From: Catajapyx aquilonaris
Taxonomy: Eukaryota
Assembly: GCA_000934665.2 (NCBI GenBank)
Contig: KZ539123.1
Span: forward strand, 1 to 32,581
Length of the DNA stretch: 32,581 bases
Reading direction: 5' to 3'
Both the position numbers and the translations under genes were made by a program. The number at the start of each line of letters is the position of its first letter. Positions within the stretch are counted from its first letter, which is position 1. Shown in pieces: positions 24,992 to 32,581 of the stretch. Below the pieces are notes generated by a model that saw only the letters and a list, made by a program, of their open reading frames with translations, was not told where the DNA came from and made no database searches.

Positions 24992-27900
24992 GACTTTACC
25001 AGTACAAAAATGTCTTTTATGATTTAATATTGATCCGTTTTTTTTAAAAAAAAGGAAGGCCTGGTCCTCTAAGATAACACTTTTTTTTCCTCATCGTGTA
25101 TAGTTCCACTTAGAATCCGGATTCAGTGAAGCGGTAATGTTTCCTTAAGCCGAATTATCCAGTTGGACGGATTCAGGAGATTAGCACTCAAAAGGCTACA
25201 ACTTGCCAAGAAGTACTTTACAAAAATTTCGTGCCCTGTTAAAAAATTTAGGAGCCATTCGCGTGACATGTCACGATTTCCAAAAAGGTCGCGACTTGGT
25301 TAGATTTAATACAGGAGAGCCTCAACAACAGATATACTGTATATCACATGCACGAGTTGTTCTTTGTTCATATATATAAAGCAATCTGGGAACTGGAGGG
25401 GGTAAACACAATAATTCCTCATCGACGCTATGTTGTTGGTCCTAATTGATTAATCCGGTGCCCATAAAGGTCTCGCTCGACGTCATTTGGCGGCCGTTTC
25501 CATTATCCTGAAATTTGTGGAGTTCAAACACTTTCCGGCCTCAAATTGCACGCAGAACTGGCATATGGTGCAAAGCACAGAGCAGCACAGGGTGGTGCAA
25601 AAAAATATTCCCAATGCAACCTCTAGCCTGTGTGAAGATAAAAAATAAAATCCGCAGCAACATAACATCTTTTGAGATGAAACTAATCCAATTTGTCTGC
25701 ATGATTCTTATCCGTATACACAACTTGTTTTACATTCCCAAAACGTAAGCTATGGATCATGTTTTACTAGGGGTGTTCACATTTGCCATTTTCCACAGTG
25801 GCCCTTCATACACATGTTTTGGCTTGAGAGAACACGTTCGCACGTGCGGGCACATTAAAAAAACCAGGCAGTGATTTCATCAGCAGAGCAAATCTGAACA
25901 GGGGAAGCGTTAAAATTTGCAACCACACATCCTGGGCGCCATGGAAGGAAAATGAAACATGCGCAGTCTATATTTACTCTGCTTCCAATCTTACTGTATC
26001 GAAAATTACTTTTAGCCTTTTGTATTATCCAGCAGTATTTAAATGCCTCCTACTCTATATTGGTACTTATAAACGTATAGTTTAATATTATGAATAAAAT
26101 ATTGTTTTTATGTAAAAGCTACGTGGTAAATATTAATAAATCACAAATTACACACGAGAGGTCATCATAATGGGATTAAGATTCAAGAATCGATTATGGA
26201 AGAGTGCATCAGAGTCATCAATATTCCTGTTTTTCCCGAAATTATGCGGGATGATGAAATATACCTGTCAAGAGGAATCCTTTCTCCATAATAATCCCCA
26301 AGGAAATCCGAACTGAATCTAATCAATACTGAATTACCAAATTAAGAGTTTCCAATCTTCCTGAGTCTCCTGTTTGCCTTGAATGGGCGATGAGAAAATG
26401 AATTACTAGCATCCCACGTTTCCAGAAGTAATCGTATCGAGCTCTTAAAGTTCAGTACATAAAAAATAAACCTTTCCTCATTCTAGCAGTTACAATAAAT
26501 CTTTTAGTACTCTTAGGTAACCCTTCCCTCTGACATTCGGAATCAATAATTAAGTCATTCTCAGAGGATTTTCTGATTTGATACCAAACGTTTCTGGATC
26601 AAGGATAACAACATGGGGATTGCAAGGATAAATTTTGCTCATTATTAGAGATGAAGTTTTTCTGATTTTTTGATGTAATTTCTATTACTTGTATACATAC
26701 ACAGTGCTGCGTTTTATATACGATTTTTAAAAATAGAAAACATCACATCCTCTGATCTAATTAGCACCGTTGTTTTACCTGTAGTGAAAATGGAGAAGAA
26801 ACAACTTTTCTTCCCAGCACCAGCATCAGAAATCTGCTCGTTAACCATCCCTCCTTACTCCTCCAAAAAAAAAAAAACTACAACACAAACACACAAAAAA
26901 ACAAAAGTCAGCCAAGCGCAATAAGTTACAGAAAGTGCACCAAATAATGTTCAGCCTCGCGAGTTGCAGGGGCCAGAGTAATTGGGGAAAGTTGAACCCT
27001 TCGCTTCCATTTCTCGCCGCGGGTGTTCCTTAATAAGCAAAGTCTAATTCCCAGCCATCAAAGGCCAAGGAGAGGAAATATGAATCTAGTCGTGAATTAT
27101 GAAGGGAAAAGAGTGCTGGGTGCGCTCCTAACTCGGAACAAAAATTTTCTCAGAAAGTTGAGACATAATGTCAACAATGAGATGTTCAAAATACATTGCA
27201 GCTTGATAATAATGAATATGCAAGTGAGAGACTTATGTTGCCTTAAGGGGATATAATAAACAGCATGCGCTTATGTGGGCATGTGGGCATCTTCACCGTG
27301 TAAGTGGAGGATTTTGAGAGCCGAAAGAGTAAAGCCATATCAGGTTTCTAAAATAAGAAGAAATGGGGCCATCTTAAGAGGCTTTTAGGTGCTCATATGA
27401 TCTTGCCAACCTCTTCACCCAATATGCACTGCAGCTCTGAAGATAAACAATGGCACATTTTCAACTGAGGCCGACAGACGTTTCGTGCCTGCAACAAATT
27501 GGCCATCTCTTATTGACAAAATTCCAGCTTTGAACTTTTAGCAACTCTTCAGATCCATTACCATCGACCTCTTAACAGTACGGAACTCTCAAAGCAACAG
27601 GTACAGAGAACTGTACGCTTCCAATCTTGAGTGCATCGGCTGCTTTAAAAAAACCCGAAGAAGAATCTGCAACGATTTCCGCTCAGCTCAGCAGCGTATC
27701 CTGCAACACATGACCAAACAAACTCCGTTGTGTTGCAGTGCGGCATACACACAAGGCGCTCGTAGTCTGGCAACAATCATCGCTGTGCCTCATCTGACTG
27801 TTGGCTCCCAAAACAGGGCTGATTTATCATGCCTCGAGATGAGACTCTAGGGAAATTCCGGGGAGGGCTAACAACCCAACTGCTACTGTACCTTTGACGA

Positions 27901-30419
27901 CAGGAAACAGTCGTAAAATTCCACATCTGCAGGCAGCGTTTATTGCTGGGTGGCGTTGTCGTCCGGAACTTTCCCGGGACATAATATTCTACTAGGAAGA
28001 TGGTTATGTACCCATCCAGTTAGGACGTCCCTCAGAGAATTGTATAGTATTTTATAGTCCATATCACCGTTATTTTTTTGAGGGGGGGGGGACCTCAACC
28101 GAGGCCAAAAATCTGGGCCCTTGCAACCTTGTTTCTCCGGCTTCACTTTTTCGATTTCCGCCCTGAGAATTTATCGGGAACAAACGTAGCTACCAGGAAA
28201 CAGAAGCCTGTGGTCTTCTTTCCCTTTGTGTAATTCCAGACACGACCCGATTCCCTTCTGTCTTTTGTTGGGTCGTGACCCTCGAAAAGCAAGATTACAA
28301 GCCGCCGAAATGCTCGTAAAGTCGGATCAGTATGGACCATGGCGATTCCGAGAAATTATCTCTTACGCTTGACATCAAATCGTATTTTTTTATACTGTTC
28401 GGTGCTTTCATATAAACTGATAGAAAAGTTACCCAGGTAAGTACAATGGGTATGACCAGAGTAATCAGAATCCTTCCTTTCTGCTTCCAACACCTGTTAT
28501 TTCAAACATTCAGTCAAAATGATAATGAGTGGCCCCGCATATAGCTGCAGGACAAATTGCCTAATTGTCCGTCCCGTAATAAAACAAACTGACGGGCAGC
28601 GATAACGACTGTTCAAACAGGTCCTCCCACATTAGGTGTGCATATTACCCCAGCGGCATTATTATCGCCATTCTCAGCAAAAACAGATCCTCCGGACATT
28701 TTGCAAACGCATGCAATTATTCTGCCACCATCCCGCACATAATAATACCAGTAGGAAATTAACAAATCCCGAATTTTATTCTCATAAATAAAAGTGGGTT
28801 TAAATACTTTCGCAAAACCTGCAACTATAGCGCAAAAATCAATCATCACTGGATGCTAGCAAAAGAAAAAAAGTCTCCTCCGAGCACAATACAAGACGTC
28901 CAACGGACATGAGACAAAGCGAGCCCGGAAATTAATGTGGTCATTCCGGAAGACACGAGAGGACAGATTATATGGAATCGCAGTCTCCAAGGTGTATATC
29001 ATGACGGAGAGACAAAGTATAAAAAAAAAAGAGGAAAGGGGGGATGATAAATACAGCCTGTCAGCTTTGCTCAGAACCTTTTTTGGTTCTATCTCTCCTT
29101 AATCTTTTATACTGTATATAGAGTACAGCTCACGAACAGTACTGTACCAGTAATTACAAAGTATATAGGTCTCGGTACTCGAACAATACCTCACATTTTT
29201 TTTCTACACGATTGTACTTGTCAAGTACAAGTACGGAACAGCATGTACCTTTCTTTGTTTTATACCATTGTCGGATTCCAGTAGAGGACGACATGCGGTC
29301 TCCCCGATACTGGTACCTCGATCCGGAACAAAATACGCGGGACGTTACAATGGGGGAATGAGCATTTTGGAGAAGTCCAAATTGGATGGCTCCTCTTTTT
29401 GCGGAAGTTTGGGAACATGCAGTGAACTCGCAGAAAAAGCGATAGAGTCCGAAAAGTGCGGAGCAGTGCCTGGAAATGTGCGACGGAATAAAACGGATGC
29501 TGTTCAGAGTCGACGTGAATGGGCCAGGTCGAGGCAGTGCAGTTTTCATTATTGCTGAGCACTGCACTGGATATACGTAAAGATAAGGGAATCAATTATT
29601 TTCAGGGCATGAAAGCGTAACCTCCGCATCTGATGACGTATTGATCACCCTGCACTAATAATTGATGGTGGGAACTGATTAAAATCCCGATTTGCAATTG
29701 TTCACACTTACAAGTCCAACAGACGATCGCGATTCAAAGCGATTCATGTTATCAATTTTTGTAACAATTCAACACTGAATAGACCAGACGGTTGTAGACT
29801 GTACGAAACAGTCAAAATTCATATTAATAGCATAATATCCGATAAATAAATATAATCTAAACCGAAATTAATAAATGCAATTAAATGAATACTCCATTCA
29901 AAAAAAACCATCCTTACAATAACATGTTCATAAACACACATAGTTGTAAGCGACATTACCATGTAATAAGGCCCTTTCTCTATTGGTAATTCAAGCATTA
30001 AAATTCCATATATCCGCTCAATTACAATTAATTTTAAAAAGAGTATTGCTCTCTAAACATTGCCGCGTGGCATTCTCAAATAATTCTAATCTTAGAGACG
30101 CACTCTGAGTAATTATCCCAGCGAGTACAGTGCCTCTGCTCAGTTACTGGGCATTAAACCCGCTAAATTTTCAATGCCTCGCCCCCCTGGCATTTCATTA
30201 ACCTGAATACACAATTTGGAAGGCAAACACCCCCTTTTAATGCTCAAGACTTCATAGGTACGCGGATACCATTGGAGTGTTTGCACATATCTCCTCCAAG
30301 CCGCTTCCTATGTAATTGAATGAAACTGTAGTACTACCCTGTCTAACCTGAAAGTATTAGCTTGCTATTTCTCTCGTTATTAATTATCCAGCCAAGGCGT
30401 ACGCTCCAGCCATACACTG

Positions 30420-30507
30420 TTGGCAAGACTAAAACGTTAATTGCGGACTGTCTAGGTAGTGCGATATCACTTCCATAGATGGCGCATCCTCCCTCTCTGC
30501 ACACTAC
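30420..30507 (+). repeat. Short dispersed repeat, copy 2
   Basis: TTGGCAA...CGGACT..TAGTGCGATAT..CCATAGATGGCGCATC..TGCACACTAC is collinear with the reverse complement of 2692-2761. Confidence 0.7.
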
Positions 30508-31445
30508 TGCCACTTCTTAGATTAATGCTATTTTAACCACAGGGTCGCTATTATTTAAGACATCTTTTAGCAGTTAGGTACTGTGTGCATATATGCCTAA
30601 TTCTAATGTGACTGATCGTGAGGCAAGTCAGGTCTTTACTCGCCAAATTTACGCAACTTTACAAACGTCCTAGGCTCATCCTCAATCACCTTTGTTTCGC
30701 TCAGTACTTCAATGCATGGTGCAAGCACGTACTGTAGCCCCCCCTCAAGGCGATGCTACCAACTTTGACCGTGGCCATAAAAGGAGCTTCTAGACTGCAA
30801 TTTGGAAGCTTGCCTGAGCCTATTTCACCATGGGAAATTCCACACTTTGATCCCTTGCCAGGGGGGTTGTAATTTATATTTTAGCATTTCCCCTCCTCCA
30901 TACCAGTCCAAAGCTAAAAATTACTAGTCCTCCGACCGCAATGTTTGTCCAGGACTGCACCAGAAAAAGCATTTCGGACAACTTCTAATTCCGCACGTCC
31001 TTTTATGTGCCTCAAACTCAGTTTATCCGCTAAAAAAACCCAAGTATCTGGCACACCTAGCACAGGATTTAGAATGAATCCAGCATGTGCCCATCGCTTT
31101 TGCCATTCCACAGCTCTGGCTTAGTAAATTGCACTCCTGGCCCAAAGACTCTGAGGATGACTCCCTTTTGTACGACCCATTGGAAGGAACAACACACAGT
31201 TAATCTACTCAGTTGGAATTTCTAGCTCTCGATAACCGCAAACTCCGCTGGGGCATGCAAATATCTCTGAATACTTGTTGTCAGTGGTATGAACTTGTTT
31301 ATTAACTTATTTCAAGAGTGTAAATTTTTTCTTCTACTGTTGCAGATTCTCAGCGTCTTTGATTTTACTTCAGGGCACATGGAACAGCTTGTCTTCTGAA
31401 AACATGGTAGGTAACATACGGTATTAATCGCATTTTTTTTAAAGT

Positions 31446-31940
31446 TCACTTACAGCCGAGCATATCATTTTCTTTCTGGTTCCAGAAGTTCCGGAGGCTG
31501 CTGGACCTACTTGCAACCATCGTCAGTCCCTGCCGAATGATGCAAAAGCCGATGACAGCAACTGCTATGTAAATGACAGACAAAGCGCTGAGGGTCAGGA
31601 TCCTCTGTCCGATCTTCCCGAGCTTGGTCTTGGTCAGTTGTCCCGTGTTGTCCAGTTGCTCATCAGGGTGTCCAGGAGGTGGTGGTGATAGAGCCGTGAT
31701 GATGCGGGCTGTCCGATGCAGAGCAACCAGGAACAGGCAGATGACCAGCAGCACCAGGCCAGCTATGGTCAGGACTGGAGCCCACACTTGAGAGAACACC
31801 TCGCTGGCACTCATGTACTTCATGTACTTGTAGGAGGTCTTGAGTTCTCCCCATCGGACGCCACACTCGTAGGCGACGGAGCCAGGAAGCAGGTCCAGAG
31901 CTGAGGCCTTGGATGATGGCAAAAACATCTGCGAGGCCAT
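31446..31940 (-). CDS. Divergent Frizzled/Smoothened-like (class F GPCR) ECL2-TM5-ICL3-TM6 segment. Could be a 164-aa two-TM ORF, an internal exon or a pseudogene fragment.
   Basis: GC-richer, coding-like sequence with two hydrophobic helices. VWAP-x16-VALHRTARII has the same spacing as recalled FZD VLAP-x16-VSLFRIRTIM. TKTKLGKIGQRILTLSAL aligns with TKTEKLEKLMVRIGVFSVL. DLLPG...C.V resembles ECL2 DLLSGVC.V. ATG at 31940 (AAGATGG); GTAAGT donor at 31453-31448. Confidence 0.6.
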   Translation of the reverse strand: MASQMFLPSSKASALDLLPGSVAYECGVRWGELKTSYKYMKYMSASEVFSQVWAPVLTIAGLVLLVICLFLVALHRTARIITALSPPPPGHPDEQLDNTGQLTKTKLGKIGQRILTLSALSVIYIAVAVIGFCIIRQGLTMVASRSSSLRNFWNQKENDMLGCK

Positions 31941-32012
31941 CTTGTATTTGGCTGATTGACTGCTGCCGTTCCAAGCCCTGAGTTTTGCCAACAATCGTCT
32001 CTCTCAAACTCC

Positions 32013-32213
32013 ATGGTTACCATCTACAATGTTGACAGTATTGTCGACAACAAGTCAATAACAAACTACTTTTCCGATGATATTTTTAATGAGCTCAACC
32101 CACAGTTCGAGCAAATTGTTTCCAGCACTACGCTTGAAAGGGTTTGCGACGTTGCCAAGGTTCTGGAACGAACCTTAGAGGCTATCGGTGTGAATTTGGC
32201 CGCTGATGAGTAA
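32013..32213 (+). CDS. Small acidic orphan ORF (66 aa), function unknown
   Basis: ATG at 32013 (CCATGG) to TAA at 32211-32213. Sequence MVTIYNVDSIVDNKSITNYFSDDIFNELNPQFEQIVSSTTLERVCDVAKVLERTLEAIGVNLAADE has protein-like composition and amphipathic-helix periodicity. No family recognised. Confidence 0.35.
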   Translation: MVTIYNVDSIVDNKSITNYFSDDIFNELNPQFEQIVSSTTLERVCDVAKVLERTLEAIGVNLAADE

Positions 32214-32353
32214 CTGTGCTGGCAACGTTGTTGTCGGAACAATGGACTTGCGCGAGTGTGGGTGCGCACTCGGTTTTTTTTAAACGAGCGCAACCGAGTG
32301 CGCACCCCTACTCGCGCAGCTCCTCTGTTGCGACAACAAAGTCGGCAGAGTTA
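32211..32353. repeat. Long imperfect hairpin: ~62-65-bp arms, 16-nt loop
   Basis: 32211-32275 pairs with 32292-32353. The innermost 16 bp are perfect (GGGTGCGCACTCGGTT at 32260-32275, AACCGAGTGCGCACCC at 32292-32307). Confidence 0.93.
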
Positions 32354-32581
32354 GCCTCTGATGTTAGTTCTAGACATTTAGAGCTTTATAGTACAAGTAA
32401 CGTCGCACATGTCGGCCATTTAGTCCCCCCAAGTGTAGCGTTGGAAATACGTGCAGTAGGCCTACATTAAAGAGATTACCAGCTATAATTGAAGGGGTCG
32501 GTGCAATACTGCCCTAACCCACCAAATGACACAAATTGAGTTTCGCGCACTTCCATATACTACACTCAAATATCTAATAAA

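Noticed and set aside
28431..28442. Perfect plus-strand donor CAG|GTAAGT
   Set aside because: An isolated signal with no supportable exon or promoter. Such matches occur by chance in 32 kb.
29212..29230. Perfect 9-bp-arm palindrome TTGTACTTG-T-CAAGTACAA
   Set aside because: Too short, and it lies in a GTAC-rich tract. No supporting context.
11700..30400. Numerous 60-137 aa ORFs across the central region
   Set aside because: Mostly alternative starts, homopolymer-derived residues and overlapping frames on both strands. None resembles a known protein.
32211..32375. Helitron 3' end (hairpin plus CTAG)
   Set aside because: The hairpin is far longer than the usual short subterminal one, and the CTAG is followed by A rather than the expected T target base.

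Overview
Eukaryotic genomic DNA, most likely from an arthropod or other invertebrate (inferred from the repeat types). Most of the window is intronic or intergenic, with one 16-N assembly gap. The only firmly supported gene is the 5' part of a minus-strand CD151/TSPAN11-like tetraspanin. It has two coding exons (4645-4731 and 410-601), a partly untranslated exon (4645-4776) and a candidate further-upstream UTR exon (11285-11367), and it runs off the left edge. The non-coding DNA holds a Tc1/mariner-type element end, a 48-bp minisatellite, a tRNA-headed SINE, several foldback palindromes and a short repeat present twice in inverted orientation. The most unusual region is the last ~1.7 kb. A minus-strand ORF or exon (31446-31940) aligns by eye with ECL2-TM5-ICL3-TM6 of Frizzled/Smoothened (class F GPCR) receptors but has no CRD or TM1-4 in frame. 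It lies head-to-head (72 bp apart) with a 66-aa acidic orphan ORF whose stop codon sits at the base of a ~143-nt hairpin. All homology statements come from by-eye comparison with recalled sequences, not database searches.
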